From Aulosira sp. ZfuVER01 (lineage in GTDB: Bacteria; Cyanobacteriota; Cyanobacteriia; Cyanobacteriales; Nostocaceae): DNA of 64,000 nucleotides. This document shows positions 32,813-42,670 of the stretch, piece after piece; position 1 is the first letter of the stretch, and each line of letters opens with the position of its first letter. The stretch spans positions 1-64,000 of the forward strand of contig JAVRCV020000053.1 in assembly GCA_034530615.2 (NCBI GenBank), read 5' to 3'. Below the pieces are notes generated by a model. That model did not search any database. It saw only the letters and a list, made by a program, of their open reading frames with translations, and was not told where the DNA came from. The translations under genes were made by a program, and so were the position numbers.

Positions 32813-33696
32813 CAGTTAATAATTCTCCTGTGCAACCAAGTTTCGGCAATCCATGCGGCTGTGCCATTAATTAACAGCAGCAATAAAAGTAAAATCAATG
32901 CTGAAGCGTAAGCATTACCATCGCCACCAGAGACATTCATCGATAAATCAAAAATATGAATCGAAAGCGCACGTCCAGAATCTAGCAATGATTCTGGCAT
33001 TCTATCTACATAGCCACTGGTAAAAATTAAAGCAGCAGTTTCTGCGATCGCTCTCCCTATCCCCAAAACCAAACCCACAATTAAGCCAGGTACAGCAGCA
33101 GGTAATAATATTTCCCATAGCGTAGTTGTACGGGAAAACCCCAGAGACGCGGCTGCCAATCTATACTCCTGAGGAACAGCCCGAAATCCTTCTTCTGTAG
33201 AGCGAATCAAGATTGGTAACACCATGCACGCCAATGTTAATCCTCCCGACAGAATAGAAAATCCCAATCCCAGAATTTTGCAAAAGAAAACGTTACCAAA
33301 CAACCCAAAGACTATGGATGGGACACCAGCCAAAACATCTAAACTGCGCCGCACTAATCCGCCAAACATACTATCAATTGGGGTAAATTCTGCCAGCAAT
33401 ACGGCTGTACCCACACCAATGGGGATGGAAACTACCATACACACCACCATAATCATCAGAGTAGAAACCAAAATCGGCGCAATTCCCCCTTCTCTGCCAG
33501 CGTTTACAGGTTCCGTAGTGATAAACTGCCAAGACAAGTGGCTGATACCATGCCAGAAAATATCATTAAGTATCCACAAAAATATGGCAGTTACCAGCAC
33601 AGCAGTCAGCCAAACAATAGTTGTTGGTAGCCAATCTTGAGGAAGTCTGCGATTTGGGCATTGGTCATTGGGCATTGGGCATTGATTATTTGTCAT
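32812..33696 (-). CDS. pstA: Phosphate ABC transporter permease
   Basis: LAGVPSIVFGLFG, GRAIAETAAL; N-terminus derived from STRR so the start is uncertain. Confidence 0.9.
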   Translation of the reverse strand: MTNNQCPMPNDQCPNRRLPQDWLPTTIVWLTAVLVTAIFLWILNDIFWHGISHLSWQFITTEPVNAGREGGIAPILVSTLMIMVVCMVVSIPIGVGTAVLLAEFTPIDSMFGGLVRRSLDVLAGVPSIVFGLFGNVFFCKILGLGFSILSGGLTLACMVLPILIRSTEEGFRAVPQEYRLAAASLGFSRTTTLWEILLPAAVPGLIVGLVLGIGRAIAETAALIFTSGYVDRMPESLLDSGRALSIHIFDLSMNVSGGDGNAYASALILLLLLLLINGTAAWIAETWLHRRIIN

Positions 33697-33769
33697 TGGT
33701 CATTGGTCATTTGTTCTTCTTCCCTTCATCTCCTCCTTGTCTCCCCACACTTCCCACACTCCCTTCCCT
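33655..33769. repeat. STRR array (TTGGGCA/TTGGTCA) plus CCCACACT repeats
   Basis: Directly visible between pstC and pstA; inverse arrangement resembles 50958-51053. Confidence 0.85.
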
Positions 33770-34651
33770 TCACCCATAAATCTTTCCCTGACTGATAACT
33801 TCAGCAACAGCAACCAACAATACAATCAGCCCCATCAAAACTAAACCGCTAACAAAGAGTGCAGAACGGTGATCTCCTGTGGCATAAGCCATTTCCAAAG
33901 CAATGTTAGCTGTGAGGGTACGAATCGGGTCAAACAGAGTTTGAGGAATTTGTACAACATTGCCACACACCATCAAAATTGCCATTGTTTCGCCAATCGC
34001 ACGCCCTGTTTCTAAAATCATTCCTGTGAATAATCCCGATTTGGCAGCCGGAAATACTACTTTACTGATAGTTGCCCAACGAGATAATCCTAAGGCTGCG
34101 GCTCCCTGATGGTAAGATAACGGGACTTTCGCCAGACTTGCATCGGCTACCAGCGCGATTGTCGGCAAAATCATGATTGTGAGAATAGCAATCCCAGCTA
34201 ATAGGCTTGGCCCTGGTGGATGCAGTTTCCCAATTAGAGGAACTAATACCACTAATCCCCAAAAGCCATAAACAACAGAAGGAATACCTGCTAATAATTC
34301 AATTAGACGGCGGTAGATTTTAGCTAATGTAGGTGGGGCGTAGAATTGGCAAAAGACTGCGGAGAGAATGCCGATAGGAGTAGCAATTAGCACTGAACCG
34401 AACATTGCTAGCAGCGTACCCCACAACATCGGTATTAGGTTATAAAATCCGGCGGTTGGGTTCCACGAGGAGTCGCTAAAAAAGCGAGTGAATCCAACGT
34501 GTTGAAGCACTGGTAGAGATTCTACTATCAAAAAGAAAATAATTAAAAGTGCGATCGCACCTGCCATCGCTGCTAATACCCGCAGTATCCAAATTAACCA
34601 CGAGTCACTATTTCGAGACGAGGACAAAGTTTTGCTGTTTAACAATGTCAC
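33770..34651 (-). CDS. pstC: Phosphate ABC transporter permease
   Basis: ELLAGIPSVVYGFWG, GRAIGETMA. Confidence 0.92.
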   Translation of the reverse strand: MTLLNSKTLSSSRNSDSWLIWILRVLAAMAGAIALLIIFFLIVESLPVLQHVGFTRFFSDSSWNPTAGFYNLIPMLWGTLLAMFGSVLIATPIGILSAVFCQFYAPPTLAKIYRRLIELLAGIPSVVYGFWGLVVLVPLIGKLHPPGPSLLAGIAILTIMILPTIALVADASLAKVPLSYHQGAAALGLSRWATISKVVFPAAKSGLFTGMILETGRAIGETMAILMVCGNVVQIPQTLFDPIRTLTANIALEMAYATGDHRSALFVSGLVLMGLIVLLVAVAEVISQGKIYG

Positions 34652-35462
34652 TTACCTGCTGTGATTGTGCGTAGTCAATGAATTCTTTTGCTAGTCCTTG
34701 GGGTTGGGTTTTCGTTACCAAGTTCAACGGACGAGCAATGGGAAAGGTATTATTCTGCACGTTGGCAGTTGTTGCAGTTATACCGTTCACTGGTAGCAGC
34801 TTAATAGGTACTTTATTTGCCTCGCTATTTTCTGCTGAACCAATAGAAACATAACCAATAGCGTTGGGATTTCCGGCTACAGTCTTGATTCCTTGCTCGT
34901 TATCACCAATGACCACTTGTGCTTTAATAGCAGTGTTTTTCAGCTTGAAGTAGTGGGTAAACAATTCCAAAGTGGAACGCCCTTCTGCTTTATTCACAAC
35001 GGTAATAGTTCCTGATTTACCTCCCACCTGCTGCCAGTTGGTGACTTTGCCAGTATAGATTTCTACAACCTGCTTGTCAGTTAGAGATTTCACGGGATTA
35101 TCTTTATGCAGAATCACCGTCACTCCATCACGGGCAATTGTGAATGCCTTTAAATCTTTTTCGTCCGGCTTCAAGGCGCGAGAAACCATGCCAACATCTG
35201 CCACTCCTTGACGAGAATCAGTAATACCACGGGAAGAACCTCCCGATTGTACATCAATTCGCACACCTGGATGACTAGATTCAAAGCGTTTACCAATTTC
35301 TGCTGCTAATGGCGCAACAGTACTTGAGCCAGTGAGTACTAGTTTGCCTTGAGGTTTACCTGCATTGTTATTTGTACTTTGCTGAGGTGAAGAACAAGCT
35401 TGCAAACATAAGCAACTTGCCAATCCTACAGCAACACTAACGATAATTCCTGAACTTTTCAC
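34608..35462 (-). CDS. pstS: Phosphate-binding lipoprotein, short PstS family
   Basis: Lipobox LQAC, GSSTV, GGSSRG, IGYVS. Confidence 0.85.
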   Translation of the reverse strand: MKSSGIIVSVAVGLASCLCLQACSSPQQSTNNNAGKPQGKLVLTGSSTVAPLAAEIGKRFESSHPGVRIDVQSGGSSRGITDSRQGVADVGMVSRALKPDEKDLKAFTIARDGVTVILHKDNPVKSLTDKQVVEIYTGKVTNWQQVGGKSGTITVVNKAEGRSTLELFTHYFKLKNTAIKAQVVIGDNEQGIKTVAGNPNAIGYVSIGSAENSEANKVPIKLLPVNGITATTANVQNNTFPIARPLNLVTKTQPQGLAKEFIDYAQSQQVSDIVKQQNFVLVSK

Positions 35463-35490
35463 TAACTACCTCGATTTCCATCATAAACTT

Positions 35491-35784
35491 TTAATTAAAG
35501 GAGAGGACACAACAGCCGAGGTTCAACGCACTAGCTGTAGTGACTTCCACTTCCGGGGCTAGGCGGTAGAGAAATGCTTTACCATTGCGTTCCCGAACTA
35601 CAAATTTTGCCTGACGCAGAACTTGCAAATGATGGGAAAGCAGACTTTGTTCTAAACCGAGAATCTTGTTCATTTCCCCTACCTGCATGGGACTCTGCAT
35701 GAGAATTTTTAATACGGCCAGACGAGTTTCATCTGCCAATACTTTCAGCCTGTCTACGCAGTCAAACTCCTGTATTTTGCTCAT
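35491..35784 (-). CDS. ArsR/SmtB family transcriptional regulator
   Basis: LKVLADETRL, QSLLSHHLQVLR HTH, C-terminal GCC. Confidence 0.9.
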   Translation of the reverse strand: MSKIQEFDCVDRLKVLADETRLAVLKILMQSPMQVGEMNKILGLEQSLLSHHLQVLRQAKFVVRERNGKAFLYRLAPEVEVTTASALNLGCCVLSFN

Positions 35785-36127
35785 GATTCTTCTCAATGCT
35801 GTGTAAGCGATCGCGTTGAAGATTTATCTGTGCAGGTATTAATTATCATTCATATGAAATTTCATTCATCAATTAAGTGTCACAATCATTACACTTATTG
35901 AATTTGCTTAAACTGTTTGTAACCAAAGCTTAATGTTTATCTGTATAGGGGGTAAACTGAGTACCCTGAATTTGCTCTATGGAAGATTTCGCCATCTTCT
36001 CTTCCTCTTCTCTGCTGCTGAGGATGCGTTCCCAATTTTTTGTCACGATAAAAGTTAACTTTTAGACTAGTTGAAGTTATCGTGGTATCGAATACTTCAA
36101 AAGTACCCGTTGCTGCAAACTAGTAAT

Positions 36128-37273
36128 ATGAGGCTATGTCACTCCTCAGTCCCTATCTTGACTTGTTTTATCTGCCTGGGTTTGTACCAGAGTCCTGTGA
36201 AATCAGCGATACCTGATTTAAACCCGAAATTTCTCATCTTGGCACAAGCCGGTACTACTAAAATTGTCCAGCCAACTACTCTCAGAGTAGGTAGTACAGG
36301 ATCAGATGTACAAACTCTACAAACCCAATTAAAACAGTTGGGATATTACAATGGTGTAGTTGATGGGCAGTACAAAGAAACTACGCAAATCGCTGTAGCT
36401 CAATTTCAAAAAGCTCAAGGTTTACTAGCAGATGGTATTGTTGGCACCACGACGCAAGAAAGTCTGCAAGCAGCCATTGCTGCGAAAAAAACATTTACCA
36501 CCTCTGCTGTACCCACTGCCAAACCGAGTACAAGAACCAAGTCAACCAAACAGAGTATCCTTTGGTGGTCACTATTGGGATTGGGGATTTTAGGAAGTAT
36601 TGGCGCAGTCATTTACTGTATTAGATGGTTTGGTCAGGTCAAGCGATCGCAATATTTAGAATATTTAGATAGTGACATTAAGACTGAAGCCGACGAAGAC
36701 ACAATCACACCACCATTACCAGAGTCGAACGCCAGCCCAGATGCGACCAATTCCCTACCAACTACAGCATCTGTTGCTCCAAAATTGTTGTCGCCAGAAA
36801 AAACTTCCCGTCTGGCCAAAGTCAATATAGTTGACGAATTGATGACAGACTTATATAGTTCCGATCCTGCGAAACGACACAAGGCGATTTGGGATTTAGG
36901 TCAGCAAGGAGATTCACGGGCAATTCAGCCCTTAGTAGACTTAATGATGAATGCAGATTCTCAAGAACACAGCTTAATTTTGGCAGCTTTAGGCGAAATC
37001 AGCATTCGCACCCTCAAACCGATGAACCGTGCTTTAGCAATCTCTATCCAAAATGAAAGCCCACAAGTGCGGCAAAATGCCATCCGTGACCTAACTCGCG
37101 TTTACGATATGATGTCCCAAATTAGCCAGATGCTACGCCATGCTTTAGAAGATCCAGATCCAGAAGTGCAGTCAACAGCAAGGTATGCTCTGAATCAGAT
37201 TCATCGCATCCGTGTCGTAGCAGAGCAAGAGAGTCTGCCAGAACATCAGCCCAAAAAGGAGCAGGGGGAGTAG
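36128..37273 (+). CDS. Peptidoglycan-binding domain, TM helix and HEAT-repeat protein
   Basis: LRVGSTGSDVQTLQTQLKQLGYY...FQKAQGLLADGIVG PG_binding_1; central TM; HEAT-like C-terminus. Confidence 0.85.
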   Translation: MRLCHSSVPILTCFICLGLYQSPVKSAIPDLNPKFLILAQAGTTKIVQPTTLRVGSTGSDVQTLQTQLKQLGYYNGVVDGQYKETTQIAVAQFQKAQGLLADGIVGTTTQESLQAAIAAKKTFTTSAVPTAKPSTRTKSTKQSILWWSLLGLGILGSIGAVIYCIRWFGQVKRSQYLEYLDSDIKTEADEDTITPPLPESNASPDATNSLPTTASVAPKLLSPEKTSRLAKVNIVDELMTDLYSSDPAKRHKAIWDLGQQGDSRAIQPLVDLMMNADSQEHSLILAALGEISIRTLKPMNRALAISIQNESPQVRQNAIRDLTRVYDMMSQISQMLRHALEDPDPEVQSTARYALNQIHRIRVVAEQESLPEHQPKKEQGE

Positions 37274-37350
37274 GGGGCAATGGGGAAGTAGGTGGACAAG
37301 GGAGACAAGGGAGACAAGGGAGAAATAACCAATGCCCCATGCCCAATGAC

Positions 37351-37806
37351 TCAAAAATATTTCAAATTTATTTGGATGCTGGTATTTGGGCCTGCCAACA
37401 CAATTGCAGCATCGCTAAATTTGGGCGCACTAGTGCGAACTTCAGGATTTTTGGAAAACCCAAAGCCTTCGGTGGGCATACCCAAACTATTGCGATTTAG
37501 TTTTAAGTCTCCATTTGCATCGTGCATGACAGCAACGGCATAACTACCTGCTGGCAAATTTTCAAAGGTGAGCTTTACAGGAATGTCAGTTATCTTGGTA
37601 CACTGCTTTTGGATTACGCGATCGCGATCGTTGGGAAAACCTTGACTCTTGGCAAAAATGCTAGCGCAGACTTGCCCTTGTTTATTTTTAAATCCATCAA
37701 TTTCTACGGTAAGATTGCCGTTGAAATTTGCCTTGGCACTGGAGAACCATGCCAAATTTCCTAGGGATGCTAGCAGTAGTAGACTAACTCTCATTCTTTG
37801 GCGCAT
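37351..37806 (-). CDS. DUF2141 family secreted protein
   Basis: GSYAVAVMHDANGD, GMPTEGFGFSKNP, PKFSDA. Confidence 0.88.
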   Translation of the reverse strand: MRQRMRVSLLLLASLGNLAWFSSAKANFNGNLTVEIDGFKNKQGQVCASIFAKSQGFPNDRDRVIQKQCTKITDIPVKLTFENLPAGSYAVAVMHDANGDLKLNRNSLGMPTEGFGFSKNPEVRTSAPKFSDAAIVLAGPNTSIQINLKYF

Positions 37807-37905
37807 AAAATTTTTATTGAATCAAAAAAATAAACAAAAGCTCAATCCTTACATTACATTGTTAGCACTATATAGGCAGTAATTTTTAGTACTAGTAAAT
37901 AATTT

Positions 37906-38814
37906 ATGCCATCTAAAATCTTACCCCCACCTCTCAAGCCTGGTGATTTACTGCGAGTAATTGCCCCTAGTGGTGCTTTGCGAGAATTTGAGACTTTCTA
38001 CCAGAGTATAGAAATTTGGCGATCGCGTGGTTATCAAGTAGAAGTTCCGCCCACTATCGATGATAAATGGGGATATCTAGCTGGAAAAGATGAAAATCGT
38101 CGCCAGCAGCTGGCAGATGCATGGGAAGATCCCGATTGTCGGGGTATCCTCTGTGCTAGAGGCGGTTTCGGTAGTACCCGCATTCTTGAAGATTGGCATT
38201 GGCAAACCGAATTATCCCAAACAGATAATTCCAAATGGCTCATAGGTTTTTCTGATATCACTGCTCTGTTGTGGAGCCTTTACAATGTGGGAATTTCTAG
38301 CGTTCACGGCCCTGTGTTAACTACACTTGCCAATGAGCCAAATTGGTCACGCGAGCGATTATTTAATTGGGTCGAAGGTCATTCTCTTGAGCCGCTGAAA
38401 GGTAATGGTTGGGGTGGCGGTGTAGCTACAGGAATTTTATTACCAGGCAATCTTACAGTGGCAACTCATCTTTTAGGTACACCTTTTAAACCAGATTTTG
38501 CTGGGGTAATTTTGGCATTTGAAGATGTATCAGAAGCACCGTACCGCATCGACAGAATGCTCACCCAGTGGCGCTTAAGTGGTGATTTGTCCAAAGTCCG
38601 GGGAATTGCTTTAGGGGGTTTTACTGGATGCGAAGCACCAGCAAATGTCCCTAGTTTTAGGGTAGAAGAAGTTTTGCGCGATCGCTTAGGTGATTTGGGT
38701 ATTCCCGTGGTTGCTGAACTTCCTTTTGGTCACGATAGTTGCAATGCAGCTTTACCAGTAGGTGTGGAAGTCACTTTAGATGCAGAGCAGGGAATATTGC
38801 AGATTGCAAAATGA
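37906..38814 (+). CDS. LD-carboxypeptidase, S66 family
   Basis: IAPSG, ARGGFG, GFSDIT, EDV, FGH triad motifs. Confidence 0.93.
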   Translation: MPSKILPPPLKPGDLLRVIAPSGALREFETFYQSIEIWRSRGYQVEVPPTIDDKWGYLAGKDENRRQQLADAWEDPDCRGILCARGGFGSTRILEDWHWQTELSQTDNSKWLIGFSDITALLWSLYNVGISSVHGPVLTTLANEPNWSRERLFNWVEGHSLEPLKGNGWGGGVATGILLPGNLTVATHLLGTPFKPDFAGVILAFEDVSEAPYRIDRMLTQWRLSGDLSKVRGIALGGFTGCEAPANVPSFRVEEVLRDRLGDLGIPVVAELPFGHDSCNAALPVGVEVTLDAEQGILQIAK

Positions 38815-38931
38815 AACCCTTGGGGAACGTGAATTACGGCAGACAAATGGCAAACAGCAGTACTAGAAACATTAAGCAGAGAGATTTCCTTGATTCGCGG
38901 TAAATACTTATTCTATGGCTATGAGTATTTA

Positions 38932-39039
38932 TACCAATTATTCAAAATTCAGCAACAAATACAAACTCCAAAACCCTTGTAGTATCTGGTTGTCTTAATT
39001 TTGAATTTTGAATTTTGAATTTTGAATTTTGCATTGGTA
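38932..39039. mobile_element. TACCA-family MITE-like element without nested cassette
   Basis: TACCAAT...ATTGGTA flanked by TTA/TTA; uninterrupted (AATTTTG)x5. Confidence 0.8.
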
Positions 39040-39355
39040 TTACTTTGTTCTCTACCATTTGTAATTTTCAATGCTAAGGTAATGTAAGTTGTCAGTGCTT
39101 CTACCCTCTAATGTTTCGGTTATTTGATACAAGCCAGTGGTACCTTTATCATTGGCTTTACCTAAAGATTAGCAGTAACCACTTCAATTACTCCCTTATC
39201 CCCTTTCCGTATTGTGCTGGTTAGGGGCTTTTTTCATCATAATAGCTAGATCTATATGGCAAGTTGTGGAAAAGTTAGAAGTTTTACCAAAAACCAGATG
39301 ACGTATCCAAATTTATTTAATACAATTGTACTATTAGAACGCCTTTGGTTCACCT

Positions 39356-39386
39356 TCCCCACTTCTCAATGTGGGGATTTTATTTT
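39356..39386 (+). terminator. Orphan Rho-independent terminator
   Basis: TCCCCAC-TTCTCAAT-GTGGGGA followed by TTTTATTTT. Confidence 0.65.
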
Positions 39387-39632
39387 AAATAACCGTAAAC
39401 GAGTGATAAATATATACATAAAAGTTCTCAATAGGTAGCAACTGGGACAAGTTAAGCGTCAAAAATTAAAACCTATTGGTCTGAATGCAGAAACTAAGAG
39501 CAAAGGTGTAGTAGGTTTAGCTAGTTCATTTATTACTTTTGATAGATCAAGTAACTTTCTTTTGATAGATAAAGAATACTAGTATTGGCTACACAATAAT
39601 CTTGTGTGTAATACATCATCTTAGGGCTTGAG

Positions 39633-39659
39633 GTCACTCCAAAAACTCCTTGGAGTGAC
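39633..39659. terminator. Hairpin downstream of small minus-strand ORF
   Basis: GTCACTCCAA-N7-TTGGAGTGAC perfect 10-bp stem. Confidence 0.55.
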
Positions 39660-39716
39660 ATTTTCATTTATGATAGTTTGTTGAAATCTACTTTAGTAAA
39701 AGACTTCTTATCAAGT

Positions 39717-39911
39717 TCACTTGGCTCTCCTAGATTTAGAAATAAGATTCTGTACTATACTAACCATTATCAACAAATAACTTCCAAAAATAGCTACACT
39801 TAAAGTTATAAATGTAGGTACATTATATGCTTTGACTAAGGTTTCAAGCCAAAGTGCTGCTGCAATACTAAAAATTAGACTAGCTATAAAAGCTATGAAG
39901 TTCTTAATCAA
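39717..39911 (-). CDS. Small two-TM hypothetical protein
   Basis: 64-aa ORF, two hydrophobic helices and basic tail, TTG start. Confidence 0.5.
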   Translation of the reverse strand: MIKNFIAFIASLIFSIAAALWLETLVKAYNVPTFITLSVAIFGSYLLIMVSIVQNLISKSRRAK

Positions 39912-40167
39912 AGCATTTTCCTAAAAATCTTAGTTGCAGGCTTAATATACTAATAAAAGATAAAGTTAGATAACGACTGTAATCAGCGTTACTTAACAAC
40001 TTAGAAATAAATTTATTTAGATTAGTTTTATATTTTTATCTCGGCTTGCAAACAGATTGAACTATAGTAATCCGATTTGATTTTTGAAAAAATCTCAGAC
40101 TTTTGGGTAGTGCTTTACGCCAAGGACTAATGTACCCTAATTGACTGACACTTATGCAAACCCAGTT

Positions 40168-40195
40168 GTAAGGACAATTCATGAATTGCCCCTAC
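40168..40195. repeat. REP-like palindrome
   Basis: GTAAGGACAATTCATGAATTGCCCCTAC. Confidence 0.7.
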
Positions 40196-40299
40196 GTGAA
40201 TAAAGCGCAACCTGACAATGCAACCTGACAATAAGTTTGGGCAAGGTGCAAGTGTAAAACAAGAATCCTTGTAGGAATTGTGGCGGAATGCAGGGAGTG

Positions 40300-41232
40300 T
40301 CAAGAAACGGCTGTGCGAATTACTTCACTAATAGTTTTACCAACCAATTGATTATCCCAATAGCTTCCATGTGCTTCACCACCCCACAATAATGGAACTA
40401 ATTTTTGCCTGAAAGGAAGATTAAAGATATTACCTTTTTCGCTAATGACATCTTGTATATCTACGTAGCTGGTGCTGCTATCTAAAAGCATCTGCTTTAG
40501 TCCTTCCAGTGGGTAGGCAATGGGATCGCCGGGATGAGCAAAATTACGCCAAGAAAGAGGCTTTTGTCTCAATGTATATAACTTTTCCAAAAAAATGCTG
40601 AGGTCAGGGGTGAGATCGTGGGTACTGACTCCGTTAACATTGCCGCTAATATTCAGCAGACTAAACAGTGCTAATGGTGAACCCATAGTGTGGATGCTAG
40701 CTATAGGAATTCCCGACTGAGGTTGAGGATCTATACCAAAAAGGGCATTACGGAGTTGTTTGACACTTTCACGAATATCAGCTTCCAGTATGGGGTCTTC
40801 CCAGCGACGAGCGAAGAGAATGTCAAATAAGATAACAGTACCCCAACTATGGGTAATGATATGCAGGCGATCGCCAATATTAGCACCTTTGAGTACACCC
40901 AAAGCCTGTTCTTTGAATCGTTTTACCACCTTTGTGCCAACGTGCCGACTTAAGTAAAGCGCTGCATCACCTACGAATTCAAGAATCTGCTCTGTCCGAA
41001 AATCTCTAAACCAAAAATCGTTCCACTTTGAAGATGCTTTTAATCCTGCTACTAATTCTTTTTGTTCTGCCCAGTTTACATCTCCCCAGAAAAAGAAAAT
41101 TGGCTGCACAACTCTAGACTTATCGCTGATAGAGTCCCGAATGCGATTCAGCAAGATAGTGGATAACCTCTCAAATTCCTTTTGGTCATGAACTTTGACT
41201 CCGTGAACAAAGAGAACGTAATCAGTAGGCAT
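40300..41232 (-). CDS. Hypothetical alpha/beta-hydrolase-fold protein
   Basis: FVHG, THSWG elbow, TMGSP, GDPIA, C-terminal HGSYW; GAGG RBS. Confidence 0.75.
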   Translation of the reverse strand: MPTDYVLFVHGVKVHDQKEFERLSTILLNRIRDSISDKSRVVQPIFFFWGDVNWAEQKELVAGLKASSKWNDFWFRDFRTEQILEFVGDAALYLSRHVGTKVVKRFKEQALGVLKGANIGDRLHIITHSWGTVILFDILFARRWEDPILEADIRESVKQLRNALFGIDPQPQSGIPIASIHTMGSPLALFSLLNISGNVNGVSTHDLTPDLSIFLEKLYTLRQKPLSWRNFAHPGDPIAYPLEGLKQMLLDSSTSYVDIQDVISEKGNIFNLPFRQKLVPLLWGGEAHGSYWDNQLVGKTISEVIRTAVS

Positions 41233-41367
41233 CTTAGTACCTCTCTAAATGACATCACATAATAGAATGCAATTTGTTAGCTAAATAATTCTGAAGCGAT
41301 CGCAAATGATCACAAAACTAACTTGAAAATGGGGCATTGAGCAATAACATTGCTTAATTGTGAATTG

Positions 41368-42597
41368 TTATGCAGGTTTATGATCTAAACGGGTAGCTTG
41401 TTCTAAGGCTGCTTTTTCTCTAGATCTGCGAGCATAGGCTTGTAATTGAGCGCGATCGCAACCAGTGAGTATGCTCAAATTTTCTAAGCTGATACCTCGC
41501 ATCAACATTTCTACACGCCAGGTATGTTGTGCTTGGGCGATCGCTGGTGGTTGTCCTTGGGGTGTTAACATTCCCTGAGTCCAAGTTTCCCAGTGACTCT
41601 GAATCTCTGACTCGGAGATTGGTTCTCCGGCTGGGTTAAGAAACATAGCTGGTTGGTTATCTTTGCGACTCTTCAGCCATTTGATTAAAGGATTGTTAGT
41701 ATAAGAGCCGTACTGTTTGCCCAAAATCCATTGATTTACAGGTACTTGGCGGACTAATCCGGGAGTGGTAATTTGCAAAAAGTGCCCTTGTTCATCATAG
41801 ATTTGGTGCGATCGCTGCAAGCTAATTATTTCTGTGGAGCATAAGCCAGCACCAAATAATATATATGCCAAAGCATAATCTTGTAGTCCCAATCTCCTAG
41901 CTTGTCGCAGAATTTCGTGGACTAAAGCCGCAGGTAAATCAGCCACCTCTATACTAAGATTGTGTTCTGATGAATTATTTATTGCTAATTCTGGGGAAGG
42001 TGACATCGCACCACGTAAAAACAACTCCACTAAATTCTCGAGAAAATCATCTCGATCTTCCCAAAGTTCATGAAATTCGCTGGTAAATTCAATGACAGCG
42101 TATCCTAACAGCATTCCATTCAGCAAACTGGCTAATTTTTCTGCCGGTAGATAGGTATTTAAATGTCCCTGCTGAATTACCGTAGCTAAATACTGGGCCA
42201 CATAGCGGTTAGCTTCTGTTAAACCCCTTCCCAAAGCACGGCGGTTTTCCGCAGGGTATTGATCGGCTTCACCCACCACAGACCTAACGAACTCTGGTAC
42301 ACGCTCTAGCGCAAGTAAGCTATCACTTGCATAATCTTTGAGGGCTTGGTAGACGCTACCAGGAGGGCTTGCCCGTCTGATCAAGGATTCACCTAAATTT
42401 TTGAAGGCCGCCGATTCTTCTAAAACAGCTAACAGCAGTCCATGCTTATTGCCAAAATGACGAAATAGGGTAACTTCATTCACTTCTGCTCTTTCCGCAA
42501 TTTGGCGGGTTGTCGTGCCACTGACTCCTTGCGCAGTAAATAGTTCCAGTGCTGCTTGAATCAGACGTTGACGAGCTGAATGGGTGGGAGATGCCAT
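41368..42597 (-). CDS. TetR-family regulator with C-terminal degenerate tyrosine-recombinase-like domain
   Basis: TetR HTH TTTRQIAERAEVNEVTLFRHFGNK; C-terminal DYALAYILFGAGL...EIISL, RQVPV, QHTW...LLTG-like, LQAY pattern. Confidence 0.85.
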   Translation of the reverse strand: MASPTHSARQRLIQAALELFTAQGVSGTTTRQIAERAEVNEVTLFRHFGNKHGLLLAVLEESAAFKNLGESLIRRASPPGSVYQALKDYASDSLLALERVPEFVRSVVGEADQYPAENRRALGRGLTEANRYVAQYLATVIQQGHLNTYLPAEKLASLLNGMLLGYAVIEFTSEFHELWEDRDDFLENLVELFLRGAMSPSPELAINNSSEHNLSIEVADLPAALVHEILRQARRLGLQDYALAYILFGAGLCSTEIISLQRSHQIYDEQGHFLQITTPGLVRQVPVNQWILGKQYGSYTNNPLIKWLKSRKDNQPAMFLNPAGEPISESEIQSHWETWTQGMLTPQGQPPAIAQAQHTWRVEMLMRGISLENLSILTGCDRAQLQAYARRSREKAALEQATRLDHKPA

Positions 42598-42604
42598 AAA
42601 AGCG

Positions 42605-42670
42605 ATGCAAGTGGCACTTGCATATAAAGGAGAGACTTGTTAGGATAACAAATGTAAGTGATACTTGCTC
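42605..42670. promoter_or_regulatory. Two palindromic operators, probably bound by the adjacent TetR
   Basis: Perfect ATGCAAGTG-G-CACTTGCAT (42605-23) and imperfect ATGTAAGTG-A-TACTTGCTC (42652-70). Confidence 0.75.

Noticed and set aside
39536..39574. Direct repeat CTTTTGATAGAT(C/A)AAG x2
   Set aside because: Only two copies in AT-rich DNA; no function can be supported
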